Assembly: GCA_964188305.1 (NCBI GenBank)
Contig: OZ076897.1
Strand: one strand, 5' to 3'
DNA: 64,000 nucleotides
Source of the DNA: Podarcis bocagei
Taxonomy: Eukaryota
The number at the start of each line of letters is the position of its first letter. Positions within the stretch are counted from its first letter, which is position 1. Made by a program: the position numbers and the translations under genes. The notes beneath the pieces were generated by a model, which saw only the letters and a list, made by a program, of their open reading frames with translations, did no database searches and had not been told where the DNA came from. Below are positions 38,301 to 53,300 of the stretch, piece after piece.

Positions 38301-41300
38301 GGAAATCTCTGGCTACATTTGGTGTGCTTAGAGATAGCAAGAGTTGTGCAGCCTTCTGGATGATTTTGTTTTCCAGCCACTATTCCCTTATGCCTTTTGT
38401 AGCAGGGTTGTACCCTACTTGGTCACAGTCCAGTTGCGGCAGTGGAAGCCTGATATGTGCCAGTGCTGCTAAAATCGACACTTTAGGACTGAGTTCAAGT
38501 GTGCAGAACTGAATCCTTTAGTATTGGAATGAATGCTATCTTGCAGTGGAGGTTTTAATGCGGTGTATATTTTATTTCCTGGAAACAATATATGAGCCTA
38601 CATTTCTGTTGTTGCTTGAAGCATTTAAGGCTCTATTCCTCCTCCTAGTTTTCTGTATTTAAACCTGCAGAGGGACAAGATTGCATCCGTTTGTTTTATA
38701 TAATTCAGTTGAGCAATGTAATTACTAATTTAAAAGTTGTCTGTGAATGTGCATCTTGTGAATTAAATGTAAACGAAGTTAACTTACGTTTTAGTTAATC
38801 ATGGCAGATGCCACTATTCCTGCTCCTCTATCACAGTTTTTATGTTTTTACTTGGCCTATTCTTCTCTGCACCTGCCTTGTCTCCTGTTGGGCAGGAGTC
38901 TGCCTCCTGGCACTGTAGTTGTGGCACACTTGGTGTGGGACTCAAGAGGCCAGCTGTAAGTTTTATTTCCTAGATAGCTGTGTAACTGGTGTCTTAGTTT
39001 CAGTGATCTTTGTGTATCTGTCTGTATGTGAACCAATAGTTCATGTGCTGTACAATATGGTGGTATTCTTCTGTAATTATATACACAGTTTGCATAATTA
39101 ATTTATTAATAAACCTTATATATATATCAATAGATACTTCTCCAAAACTATTTTTTCCCCTCAGGCTGATTTTATAAAATGAAAGAACTTTGTATATAAC
39201 TGCAGTGACTTTTTAGTGCTATTTGTAGATACCAATAATAAAAACTGTTTTTTAAAAAAGTAGTTGTGTGTAAATATTTATACTAAAATATGCAACAATG
39301 TGTGCAGATATGGTTACATTATAAATGTATTTCTGAAGCTTCTTCTGACACACATTTGTTCCTGTAGCAACACCATAGTGTTCTGTTCACAACAGAGTCA
39401 CATACCATTAATCCTAGTTTTAGAAACACTTAGCATTAATCAACTGTAAACTAAGTAGCTATTTTTAATCCTTGTAAATAGGTAGATATGAATTTTATGA
39501 GGAAGATTCCCATAGGTGCAGAGGCATCAAATGTGTTGGTGGGAGAAGTGGATTTTTTGGAGAGACCAATTATTGCTTTTGTGAGGCTGGCCCCCGCTGT
39601 ACTTCTCTCAGGCCTTACAGAAGTTCCTGTTCCTACCCGGTAAGGAAAATCTTACATATAATAAAGCTGGAATTTTGTATTTGTATAATACGGTTTTGAC
39701 TCCAAGCTTTTCAGGCAGAAATTCTTAACTGAGAAATACTTCCTTTGCTGCCACCTCCTTGTTGTTGTTTTTTACTTTGTGCATTGGTGTGAAATACTGT
39801 AGGTACATTTTATTTCATTTTAAAAAAATAAATGGAAATGGTAATCTGCTGCCACTAACTGAGCTAGACACTGGGCAGCCTTCCAGTTCCATATTTATGC
39901 TTTCTCACAGCACCTGACATATCTTCACTGATCACTGATGCTAAAAAATTCAGCTTATCGTAGTTCTGATTTCTTGTAGTCTGTTTCATTCTTCCACAGA
40001 TTCCTTTTTCTTTTGCTGGGCCCGGCAGGCAAAGCGCCCCAATACCATGAGATTGGTCGATCAATAGCAACACTTATGACAGATGACGTGAGTACTAGGC
40101 ATCCTGTATCTGTTCAAAGTATTCACTTAAAAATCTGAATGGGATCTTCATTCAAGTAGAACTTGGCATGGCTAATGATTATATGGTGATTGAAGGAAAT
40201 AGCTATGGAACGAGTATGTTTACCATAAGCATGAATTTATGAATGCTGCAGTGAAATGTGTCATGTTGCGTTTTTGATAAATTCCTAAAGCTGTGTGTGT
40301 GAAATAATTACTAAATGAAAGCACCACTTTTGTGAAATCTGACAGCTATATACATCTCATAGTAATGCTCTTAGATTTTTCACTGTTCCTTCCTCCTTGC
40401 GTGGTACAATCCTATGCATGTCAGCTACAATAGGACATATTTCCATGTAAGTGTGTATAGGACTATAGTCTTTGTGAACTTTCCTTTCCTTGCTACTCTG
40501 AAACTTTGAGAGTTGTTTACATATCAATATTATAGGCTTGAAATGTCATTGTCCATGCAAACAGGTGTATGTGTACATAAGCGCACACACACAACTTGTG
40601 TCTTGAACATGCATTTGAATGCTGATCATAGATATATTTGCATGTAGAATTGAGTATAGAAACAAGTTATTTATTTGAGCCTTTTAAAGTAATAACTGTG
40701 ATGCCTTTCCAGCCTCTTAGAGAAGAGTTTCACCATGTCAGGAAATCAAATATAAGTGTGTATATATTTTATAAAGGTTTTCCATGATGTTGCTTATAAA
40801 GCTAAAGACCGAAATGATCTGCTCTCTGGAATCGATGAATTTTTAGATCAAGTAACAGTTCTGCCTCCAGGAGAGTGGGATCCATCTATTCGAATTGAGC
40901 CACCCAAAAGTGTTCCTTCTCAGGTAAGAACTTTTCTAGTGAAGGGCACCTTAAAAGAGTGTAGTGGTGTGACAGGACATAGGTGGGATATGCAAGCAGC
41001 TAAAAAAATGTCAAAACTGCATGAGATACACACAGAATGAAAAAGTGCTGGTTGAAACTGAAAACCACTTCACGGAACTGCTAACCCTTTTGAGAGAGGT
41101 GTCTAAATGTTGGCTCCTAACTTTGATGGAAAACAGGCTATGTTCAGTATCTGAACGCTGCAAAGTGTGTTTGATTACCCTGAGCTCATGATACAGGATG
41201 GATAAAACAGTGAATTGAATGTGTCTAGTTGCTTTGATGAAACGAGTTCTGCAAATAGTATTTTTTTAAAAACTAAATGGTTTCTGTGTGCAGAATTTCT

Positions 41301-44300
41301 CCCTAGATAATGCCATGCTAATCAGCTGTTCTGATACAAAAATCATCATTACTTTGAATGAAGCAAAAAGTTTGGTTTTTTTCCTCTTGTGAACTTATCT
41401 CCTTGCATAGTTAATGATAGCTAAAGTTTTTAATAATCAAAAGATTTTTCTCTCAGAGCCATGTTAAGTGTTGCAGAATAATTTCTCAGTGAATAATTAA
41501 CGCTGCTTTTTGAAAAATACTTTTTGAGTTTGGCAGGAAAATAGCATCACATGCTCAATGTGTAGGCCTTTCCTTAGGTGCGAGGGAGAGAGCTTGAAAT
41601 TGTGCTTGCTGTTGTGGTCTGACCTTAATGGAATCTTTTCATGCATTTCCTTGATACAGGAAAAACGGAAGATACCTAAATTTCCAAATGGAGCTGCTTC
41701 TCCTGGAGAGTCTCTTGAAGAAGGCCATGCTGGACCTGAACTACAGAGGACTGGAAGGTGTGTGGTGTTTGCTTAAATTCTAGCAATATTAAAGAAGTAG
41801 AAATCTAAATCCTTACTGCTTTAGAGACTTGCAGAATATACATTTCATAATGTTTAGTTTCCACCTAATACGTTGGCCTGTTTTAGGCACTTTATACTAT
41901 GGCAGTATTCTTCAGTATGCTTCGGGGAAGAATAGAGAATGTGTCGATGCCTTACCCAAATTTATTTTCAAGCTGAAACAGTGCTCAAAGTCTTATGTTT
42001 GCCATAGATATGGTTTAAAACCAAAAGTTGTATATAGTGGGCTAGATAGTCAAAACATTTTGTAAAGAAAAACCACAGTGATTTCCTAGACATGGAAACA
42101 TTAGTGATGTCCCCTATTGTCCCTCTTGGCAGAATTCACAGAAAGGAAAAACTTTCTGAGATAGAAGAAGCCATTTTCAAAGAAAATTCTCTTTGCCAAT
42201 TTGAAACTTCTCTTCGCTAAAAAACAACTGTTGAATATGTATCTGACTACAGATTTACAAATCAGTAAGCTTTATCAAATATAGTTAATGGCTATGAAAA
42301 ATGAAAGATTTAAGGCGTTTAGATGGCTTTTCACAAAAGTTGTTCATCTTAAACAATTTGAATAACTTTTTTGAGGAACATTATTGAAATGCACAAAATT
42401 GATAGCATACTGTACTTTCATTTTTTAATTTAATTACACTCTGTGAGTATAAAAATGTACATAGACACATTTCTTGTGTAATAGTTATTTTAATGGAGAT
42501 TCAAATGGCTTTCTTTCTAAGAATATTTTTCTGCGACCAAGTTAATTATTCCCAATATATTTTGAATCCGGTATACCAGTACTATCAAATGTTTGACGCT
42601 CATCTCCATTTTCCTTATATAGTTTGAGATTTCTCTTGATAGTTTCTGCTGCAGTATAGAACCCCTGCCTTTTATTTAGTTGCCCAGAGCTGTATATATT
42701 CCACAATTGAGTGCAACCTGGGTATAAGCACAGAACTTGGTACTGGCAGCAGAATTTGTCACCCTGAGAACATTCAGTTTTTCATTAAAAATAAGTTTTG
42801 GATCTTTAACATTTCAAAGAGAGGCTGAAAAGTGAATGTGTCCTGCATGGTAAAATTCAGAGATGAGACTGAGAGTTATTTCCAAGGGCCAACTGATGGT
42901 TTTAAAGATGTATGGGGAAAAAACTGAAGTGCAGAATTTTGAGTTCTTTAGTGCAGTGTATGCACACTTCTGATATTACTGTCTTCTGTATATTTTTGCA
43001 TTTCTTAATATTATTGTAAGCTGCCTTGATCATTTTCATAGCACTGCTAGGACAATTTGTAAATCCTTTAAGGAATAAATGCAAAACACTTTGAACTGAG
43101 ACTAACACAAATCTGAAATATTTTGTTCTGTTGCATCTACTCCCATCTGTTAACAAGAGCATTAATGACCACTTTTGTGGGAATTACAGACCATGCACAT
43201 GGAGTTTTAAAATATCCACAAAGCTGTGGGCTGCATCAAATTATGTAAAAATATTTTTGCTAAAAAAAAATAAGAGCAAATGCAGGGAAACAGAAGTCCT
43301 ACAGATTTTCAGCAGAAGTTAGATGTAAAATATCTTGATCAATGTTACATTCAGGTAGGGATACTGAACATTTTCCAAGCTTTTTTCAATGTCTAGCCCA
43401 TTATACACAAATTATCTGCCAGCATTAAAAACAGAATATCAACTAAGTTTACTTTAGGTACTGAAAATGAGTAGATTAAAATGGTACATTTGCAGTTTGT
43501 AATTGTCAGTAGGTTTGGAATATATGAAATAAGGCTACTTTGTGCTAAAAAAATCTGCACTGTCAGTCTTGTGTATCCCATAGTTTTAAGCGTTCNNNNN
43601 NNNNNNNNNNNNNNNNNNNNNNNNNNNNNNNNNNNNNNNNNNNNNNNNNNNNNNNNNNNNNNNNNNNNNNNNNNNNNNNNNNNNNNNNNNNNNNNNNNNN
43701 NNNNNNNNNNNNNNNNNNNNNNNNNNNNNNNNNNNNNNNNNNNNNNNNNNNNNNNNNNNNNNNNNNNNNNNNNNNNNNNNNNNNNNNNNNNNNNNNNNNN
43801 NNNNNNNNNNNNNNNNNNNNNNNNNNNNNNNNNNNNNNNAGCCAGGCGTTTAGATTTTCAGAGGCAAGTGACTGTGTTCATTTGTCTCCTTTATTCCTAC
43901 CTTTATTTGAAGACCTTTAGCCACAGCATTTGATTAGCCTTGCCCCCTATTAAATGTTCCTCAAATATTAACTGGAAAACATGGATAAAAATGTGTGTAT
44001 GAACAGGAGAAGACGCACAGTTAAGGTAAAAATTACTCTGTCTTGATGAATAGTTTCATGGATTGGAAAACAGCTTGCATTGTCTTTATTTTAAAGAGGC
44101 CTTAAACTGGCTGTGGAAAGGCTATTGGATCACCCGACTTTGGACCCACCTTGATTTTCTGCTCAAGGCTGATGTTTCGGATAGCTTGGTTGTTTTATTG
44201 GGTAGTAGACCTATAAAAAGAATGCCTTTTTAAAAAAAGGTTTTGGAAAGAGAAATGTAGAACTAAGTACTCTGAGCTATCCTAAATGTCACACACGTGT

Positions 44301-47300
44301 GTGATAAAATCTAGATGGGCACTTTTGTTAGAGAAAACTGTTTCAGGGAGGAATTGTTTGGAGCAGAAAAGTGGTGAAAAGGTGCTTAACCTTATCTCTG
44401 TCCACCACTCTTTGCTGCAACTATGCCCAACCAACTTGGCCACTTTCTCCCCCCTGGGTCCCAGATGCATTTCCCTGCCTGGTGGGGGCAGGTGGGGCAC
44501 TGTGGGGTTGCAGTGGAAAAGTAATGTAAAGGGAAAGGGTGAATCACCTTTCATCAGCCCTTCTCTACTCCAATCGTCACTCCTGAAGCTGCTTTCCTCT
44601 ATAAGAATTTGTTGATGTTTAAATACATATATATGTGTGTAAAATGTTTGGTCTTCTTGAAAATAACTGCCCCACTTTATTTGCAGTTGTACAAATTAAC
44701 TAAATTCTTAATTGTTTTTGACATTGAATTTTTTGTGACCTTAACCATCCTGTTTTTACTGATGATGATTTAGAATGTATAGGCCATTATAACAGCTGAT
44801 CTAATGGAGGTTAAAATGAATGGAACACTTAAAAACTGTTTTCACGTAAATATTTCATTGTAAATCTGCCTTCACAGTATAAATGTCTGTAATTTTGAAA
44901 TTTGTTTTTATATGTATTGAAAATGTTGGTATTGCTTTCCATAACAGGTATTCACATTTTCATACAGTACTAATGCTTCCCCTTTGTTAGACTTGACTTA
45001 GTTTTTTTTACATAACTTGAACATTTATATATATTTCTTCTACATTACTGTGGCCCTTTCAAAAACAAAACAAAACAAAACAAAAAGCTCCTTGCTGTAT
45101 TTGCTTGTGGACAATCCACTTTTAGTAACATGGAATAATGAGGTGTAGTAACTGTTAGAAAAGGCTTATAGCATTGGCTCTGAAATACTAGCTAAGCATG
45201 TTCTCAAGCAGCTGGTTTAAAAAATATGTACCTCCTGCATGTAAATTGAAAAATGCCTTCTTTCTTTTAGCTGTCTGGGATTGTTTGCTGCCTTCAGTTG
45301 CTTGGTGTGCATCAGTGAATATATTAAATTAGCTACTGCACACATGTGTTCAAGCACAGTAACTGACTTGTAAGGTACACACTTGTGTTCACACCACTTC
45401 CCCCACATCTCCAGAGGCTGTCACTTCCACAGTGCTCCCACTGTTGCCATCCTGCCTAGAGAAACCAAGGTTAATGCATTGATCAACCCAAGACTAGGTT
45501 ATGGTTAACATCTGAAGGATTAGATTGATCTTGTGCTACATTAAGTGGTAAACAATGAACTTTGCTGGTTGTGGGCCTGCTTTTTAATTTTCTTCTATAA
45601 CTCATTCATAGCAAAAATGTTCTCAGTTACCTTACATTTATTCAAGATACCATTCCATATATCATTTTCAGATGGTTCAGTTTTGAGCTATTTTGGCGTA
45701 TCTCTCCTGTTGAGTTTTAGGTTCTCTTAACGCTAATGGCTTTTAGTGCACTTTTTAGCCCCCTTCAGATGTTTAAAGTGAGCATGTTTAGGAGAGATTG
45801 GGGTCACACACGTTAGCTAACAGTGGCTGATGCAGCAGCGTTGGTGGGCTCCTGTTGGTCTCCCATGTTCCCAACACCATGGGGCACTGTTGCTTACTGG
45901 GAGGGGTTGGGGGAACTCTGTGATGCAGCAGGTGGCAGTGGAGATAATCTGATACTCCACCACTCCTTGCACCATGCTGAGCTCTCTGCACCTTGCCCCT
46001 CCCCATCTTGGTAATTGGCAGTGACTCATGGAGTTGGAAACCTGGGAGAGCAAGAGGGTCCGCTGCTGCCAGCCAATGTGTGTGGTCCGCGGGGGCACAA
46101 AGTGCTCTAAAACAAACAAATAAACAACAACAACAATTGTTGTTATTATTTTATTATTTGTACCCTGCCCATCTGACTGGGTTGCCATCAATGCTAAGGA
46201 AACCCTCCTCATTTGCTGCTACTGCCATTAGCCACAAAAGGTCTAGGGCTACTGTATTGTGTTTGCCCCATAATTACCTTAAATAGTTTTGAACACCTTG
46301 CAATTAATTACGTAAAGGAAAAATAGTGTTGCCTCCCCCATGCATTTTTAGATTAGTTTGTCTTAAAGTACCAAAATTAATCTTGTCGTTTCCTGTAAAT
46401 GGGTAACATCACAAAGGGTGCCGTATTGGAAAACTTTTATAGCCAGACAATTACAGTATGTTGTAATTGAGAAAATGCATTACCAGGTGGGATGATGACT
46501 TTCTTCTCCATTTATTTTTTGTGCCCATGTTTTCCCCCCATTTATGTTTAATCATCATTGCTGAGTTGCATTCATTCATTGTTGTGTCATGAGAGTTCGA
46601 ATATAGTAGAGCACATCGTATTCAATTTGGGTACAGGTTTGTTGCAACATTCTTTATACAGGAGAAGACCCTTTATTTATCCTTTTCCTCCCGAATTTGT
46701 GTGCTATATTTGTTGACATGTGCCTTTCTTCCTTAGCATGCCAAATGAGTAACTTATTCCCCTTGTTTTTGGATAGTTTTACTACTTTTAAGCACCTCGA
46801 ATTCTGGCCATGATACTGCTAAGTGACATTTCTAGTTTAAAACTGTATTACAGCCGATAATGGTTATAATGCTTTCATCGTTCTTGCTGCTGTTTATAAA
46901 TCAATGTGCATACAGCTGAATTGTTGAATCTTATGTTCTGGGAATCACATGTTTCTTTCCTCCCCTCAGAGTGCAATAGAATCTTTATTTGGAGCATCAT
47001 TAACTGGGATTGCCTATTCACTATTTGCTGGGCAACCTCTGACAATATTGGGGAGCACTGGACCTGTCCTAGTATTTGAGAAAATATTATTTAAATTCTG
47101 CAAGTAAGTGAACTTTTATTCACAAGATATAGGTGCATTGCATTCTTTTCTTGAAAGATTATTTTTATATGTTTGAAGCTTGAAGGTGAAAGTATGTATA
47201 ATGACACCTAGCAATGTTTACTTCTGAAATTAGATATCTGAATGGTAGCCAGAAACCATTATGCTATGTTCAGTGTTGCCGCATCAGAGGAATCTGAAGT

Positions 47301-50300
47301 TGACACTAAAGGCAGATAGAATGACCTTTCTGGAATCAGATGCTAAAGCCTTCTCACTAATTACAGTTTTGATTCTTTAGACATGAAGTTATAAATGAAT
47401 GACATTTTATCACCAAAACCTCAAGGTACAAGAATACATTTTAAAAGAGCACACAAAATTATAATTAAAAAACCATGATAGCACAAATAGAGCAAATAAT
47501 ACTGAAATAGTAAAAACAAGAGAGTCTTGCGCCACCTTAAAGGCTAACACATTCATTATGGCATAAGCATTAATAGATGGAGACAGATCGAAACCCAGAA
47601 TATTGTCAAATTGTGTCTCATGTTGCATTATATTTAGTTTTACTGAATCCATATTTCTTCTTTCAACAGGGACTATGGACTTTCTTATCTCTCTCTACGA
47701 ACCAGCATTGGTCTGTGGACATCATTTTTATGCATATTGTTAGTGGCAACTGATGCAAGTAGCCTTGTGTGTTACATCACTCGATTTACCGAGGAGGCTT
47801 TTGCTGCTCTTATTTGCATAATATTCATATATGAAGCACTGGAAAAGCTTTTTCAATTGGGAGAAAGTTATGAATTCAACAGGCACAATGACCTGAATAA
47901 ATTGACATTGTATTCGTAAGTTTGGCTTTCTTAATAAAATACACTGTGCTGTACTAGATTAAACTGGTAGTTCATCTGCCTATTTGACATGAGTTATTTC
48001 CTGATGTTCTATTGTATACAGCAGAACATGGAAACAATGAAGTTTTCCATGCCCATATTCTCCCTCACTTTCCATCGGTTCTGAGGATCAAAAAGCATTT
48101 TATTTCTTAGGATAAGAAATAAAATTTCTTGCCATTCTTTAGCATCCAGACCGTTTCCCTTTTCGTTCTCTTTGGCTGCCTTTTAATATTTTAACCATTG
48201 AAAAGAAAATGATATTTTCTGGATCAATCTTAGGCTACTTTGTTAAACCAATTTGCTATTCTGTATTTCATACTTTTCAAGCATTCACATCATTAGATGA
48301 TAAATTTTCATTTAATTATCATTTTTTTCCTGGTTAATAATGTCAGGCTAGATATTGTAAATGTTTATAGCAGCAAGATGAAACACACTGATTGAAATAC
48401 TGAAATTTTAAACTTGTCAGATGTGTGTGTGCAGAGCCTCCAGACCCCACCAATGAAACAGTAGTGCAGTGGATGACAGCCAACAAATCTGTGGATACTA
48501 TACCATGGTCTAACCTCACAGTTAAAGTGAGTATCTTGAGAGGTGCTGTAGAACTAGTCTAAATAGTCTGAAATAACTTGGCACACATGAGTCTTAATCC
48601 TTCACTCTCTATATTGTTGTACTGACTTGAGATCAGGGCTGCCAATTTAGATTCTGAACTGTCTGGCTTTTGAACAATTAATCAGTTAAACTCTTTCCCC
48701 ACTTAAGCAGATGTCCAACAAATAATTAATCATTGATGGAACAGTAGGCAGCACATAAGACGATAATTGGTGTATTGGTTCCAAGGGAACAATTCCCTCT
48801 GCTGCTTCTCACTTTGTTTTTCCTGTTTTGGGGGCAAGGATAGTTTTGTATATTTCAGAAATATAGTATCTTCCAGCTTCAGAAATTGCCAGTGAAACGT
48901 CTGGAGTGGTAGGTTTCCATGTGTCTGAGACCTGCTTTTGATCTTGCCATGAATAGAAGTTCCAGGCAGAGAAGGAAAATATTATTGAAATAAATAATGG
49001 AAATAAATTTGGGGTCTCTCATCATGTATCATGATTTTTCACTACTTAAAACTATTTTTTAAAACTCTTAAAGAATCCATTGGCTCCCCCCTTGTATGTG
49101 TTTTTATAAGTATAAAGGAGGTTATAGATGACAAGACGGGAAAAGGAACATTATATCATTAGATGTTTAGTGAAAAGCAGGTTGCTTCATCTGTTATAAA
49201 ATCTTTGAGCTGAAAATTAATCATGGATGATATTTTGTTGAATCCAGTTAGCTAGCTTGCTCTTTGCAGCAGTCTCAATCTAGTTTCTTACATAATGCAA
49301 AAATATGTAGAGTATATAAAATGAAAATGTTCCTGACAGTTCCCCATTTTTGAAACATAAAGGTGCTTTAAGTTGAGTTTTTTGTTCAAATACAGTCCAG
49401 TTTATTGCTTTGTAGACATGATAAAGCCATAACACTTGATATTTGGGTTGTACGTTGGATTCAGCTGAGTCTCAAGCCAAATTGGAGACATATTTGGAGG
49501 ACCATGGGTCTTGGATGAGTTGGATATAAACAGTCACAGATTGCTTTGAATCAGCTTGGATGGCCCAGGTTGTCAGAGGGCAGGGCATCAGGCAGCAAGG
49601 AGAGGCAGGCAGGGTGGAAAAATAGCAAGAAAAGGCCAGGATGCACCTAATAAGGTAGCTTGCCTCTTCCTGGAAGAAGGTAGGCTCAACACTATGGCTC
49701 CTGTAGGAAAGCCACTTGCAAAATGGCACTGCACAGGATCAGATCCTCTTGCTTGCCAGGGCTGGCACTGCCATTAGGCCAGGTGATGCCTAATTGTCTG
49801 TATTCACTCAGAGTTTGGATCTGCTGATTCCTCTATACATTTAAAGAGGGCAGGTGCAAGTTTAATTGCAATGCGAACAGTTCTACATCTAATTTGCATT
49901 TCTGCATGGCTTGATTTACAGCAATGTACAGAACTTCACGGCGTGTTTGTTGGATCAGCCTGCGGCCACCATGGCCCATATTTCCCAGATGTTCTTTTTT
50001 GGTCCGTCATACTGTTCTTTACAACGTTTTTCCTTTCCTCTTTCCTCAAGCAGTTCAAGACCAAACGCTATTTCCCCACTAAGGTAATTGTGGTAGCATT
50101 CATTTTGAGGGTTTTCTGGTGCATGCAAGTCCAAAGATGACACAGGTTCTGGGTTTAATCAGCTATACAACTTAATGGCTCATTTGTGCATGTTAGATGA
50201 GAAACTAACCCATTTGAGTAAGTATCCCCCAATGTGTATAGAACTGAAAAGTTCAGGATCACCCATGTAAATGTGTTATATGGGACAAGCTTGTGGCAGC

Positions 50301-53300
50301 AACTATTGTAAGGACTGATGAGGATGCAGTGTTCTTTAATTGTTCCAAAGTTTTGCTTTGGAGAGGAGTTGAATTAACCATACTTATCATTGGTTAAACC
50401 TATTTCAACCCATAGTTAATTGATAACCAGCTCTTAGCCAAGCTTTGCATTTGTAATATGCAATACAAAACGGCAGTACCATTTAAATTGGTAATTATTA
50501 AAAGATTGATCAGTGATACAAACATAAGAGGCAAAGCAACTTTTTGGCTTTGTGGCACAGCCACACACCCAATGCAGTTAAATTAGATACAAATAGGATT
50601 TTTTTGATTAATTGTGTTTTGGGTGAGCACTCAAATGCTAAAATAATCCTGATCAGAGAAAACCACAATCGTGGTGCTATCTTAAGCACATTATCTTAGA
50701 ATAAATAGCAGCAAAGGCATCCAAAAAATGTAAAAGTCCCACCCTACTTAGTGTTAACTGTTCCGAAATATAGGCATGCATTAACAATAAAGTGGTTCAG
50801 TGTTTTATCTTCTGTGCTGATACAAGGAAGATTTCACGTTATTCCTTTTGCTGCATATGTATGTCCTTTTGAAATTGGAGAGGCTGAGTATGCTTTATTA
50901 TATATTGCTCATTTCTGCAGAAATCAGATTGAAATTGTTACATGAAAGGAGGTTTTAAATGATCTAACTGGATATTTTGTTTCTGTAAATAATAGATATC
51001 TGAGGTGTTATTTTTTTGCAACAACACAGAATTAATTGCAAGGAGACTAAGATTAGGAAAATGTTGATTTAAGGTTTTAAATTTTGGTCCTGGAACATCA
51101 TAAATCTGATTGTTCACCCAGAAGAAATCTCTTCTTGAAGATAATGAGATTCCCATTTAACTTACTTTCAACTTTTAGAGTAAGTCTATATGCTGCTAGG
51201 TTTCAGTAAGTATACATCTCAATAATTTGTATTAAACTATTTCCGAATGATTAATTATTTGACAATCCCTGTCACTGTGGCAAATATAATTAATTTGCAA
51301 GTTGTTTTTTTTAAAAAAGCAGTATATTCTTCCTTTTTAGGTGCGGTCTACAATAAGTGATTTTGCTGTATTTTTGACAATAGTGATCATGGTTCTCATT
51401 GATTATCTTGTTGGAGTTCCTTCTCCTAAACTTCATGTGCCTGAAAAATTTGAAGTAAGTAAAGTAGTAGTAGTAGTAGTAGTAGTAGTAATAATAATGC
51501 AACTGAAATGGAATTCTGTAAATACTGCTGCCAAAAAGGCTAACATTTCACTAGGAATCAACTCTATTTATGGTAGTTTTTTAATGAGAGGTCAACCTAT
51601 TATACTAGCACTGTTTAGAAGCTAGATTGAATGAAGCATATATTGTGACAGAACTGGAATTGACAGATTTGATTTAGGTTTTAGGCTCATGCACTTGAAA
51701 TTTGATTTTCTTCCACTGTGCTTAGATATGCACAATGATTAGTGCTATAGTAATCAGTTTTGTGTTTTTGTATTTTTATCTTTAGTTCTCATTTTGTTAA
51801 TTTGGGGAACAGGTCTCATTGAGTGCATTAAGGCTCTCATCTTGAGTAAATGCTCATTAGCTCACACACTTTTTTGGTATTCTACATCCCAGTAGTGTGA
51901 CTTCATGCAAAACGATCCTACTCCCGCTTTGTTACAGCACAGTCCTGTGCGTTTTTGTGTTAGAGTAAACATGCACAGGATTGAACTGTTACTAAACTTT
52001 GATAGTTTATTATCCTGAATACAAGGACATTATGTGGCTTCTGAAGCAGAAAGGTCCTGATCCGCTGGGACGGAGCAGCTTATTTTCAGGCAGGATAGAT
52101 TTGAGCATTGTCTGGGTCCTAGTGCCCCTATCTCTTTTTTGTGCTCCATTCTATTGCTGCTGGTGGCTGCTTATCACTCAGGCTGCAAGGAGGAGCGCTT
52201 TTACACAGCTAATGGCGAATCCCCTGCAATCCAAGTCCTCCTCACTTGCTCAAATCTATTCTGCCTCAAAACAAGGAGTGGAAGGAAAAGGCTGCAAACT
52301 GTTAAATGGAAAAAAACCCAGACACAGGGCAAATACCTTAAGTATACCTTTAAAGCAACAGTGCTCTTTCCCTCCCTCTTCCCTGCTCAGCTCCCCGAAA
52401 AGCTCCTTCTCCACACACCCCACGCTGCTCCTTGTCCCTTGAGTGCTTTTCCTTCCCTCCCCACTTAAAACGTGGTTACAAAGCACGGATCCACACGGAT
52501 CCTCAGGATTTTTGCACTGGGTCACCTCAAATTCACCATCAGATCACATGTCTGTGGCCACAGCATGAACCACAAAAATCATACATCCACTGTTTCATTT
52601 AGAATATTTTTTTCTTGTTTTCCTACTCTAAAAACTACGTGCGTGTTATGGTTGGGAGTGTGTTATAGAGCGAAAAATATGGTAATTAAAACTCAAATGT
52701 TACACAGTACTACTTGTTTTAAAAATTATTCTAACTAATCTTTTAAATTTTGAATTTTTGGGAAATGTTAGCAAATAGTATGCATACCAATTTTGGAATT
52801 AACATACTTGTCTAATAAATAAGGAAGAAGTACTTAGTCCTTTTGTTACCTCTGTTTTCCCCCCCAAGCCCACACGAAATGATCGGGGATGGCTCATAGA
52901 TCCGCTAGGACCTAATCCTTGGTGGACACTTGTAATAGCTGCAGTTCCTGCTTTACTCTGCACCATTCTTATTTTTATGGACCAGCAAATTACAGCAGTT
53001 ATCATAAACAGGAAAGAACATAAACTCAAGGTGAAATTTTGATTATGTTTCCTCACTGTAAATGCAAAAGTTAACCTAGTTTCTGAAATAGTAACTTCCT
53101 CTGTATACTTTGCAAAAGTTTATAAAATGCTGAAGATGGAGGCAAAAATCTTATATTCAGATAATAGGATAAAGCTATTTGTAATCAGACCAATTTTTTA
53201 TATATAAATTGCACCATTTATCCTGGGTGAAACTCTTTTAAAGCCGTAAAGTGTATTTTTTATTAATTATTCTGAAGAACTTCAGTCACAGCAGTATGTT

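Noticed and set aside
42900-43100. Hydrophobic-looking stretch ([10 protein letters not shown]) as the missing TM exon
   Set aside because: No match to the LFGGL/DIKRK/ITFGGLLG motifs and no suitable splice sites.
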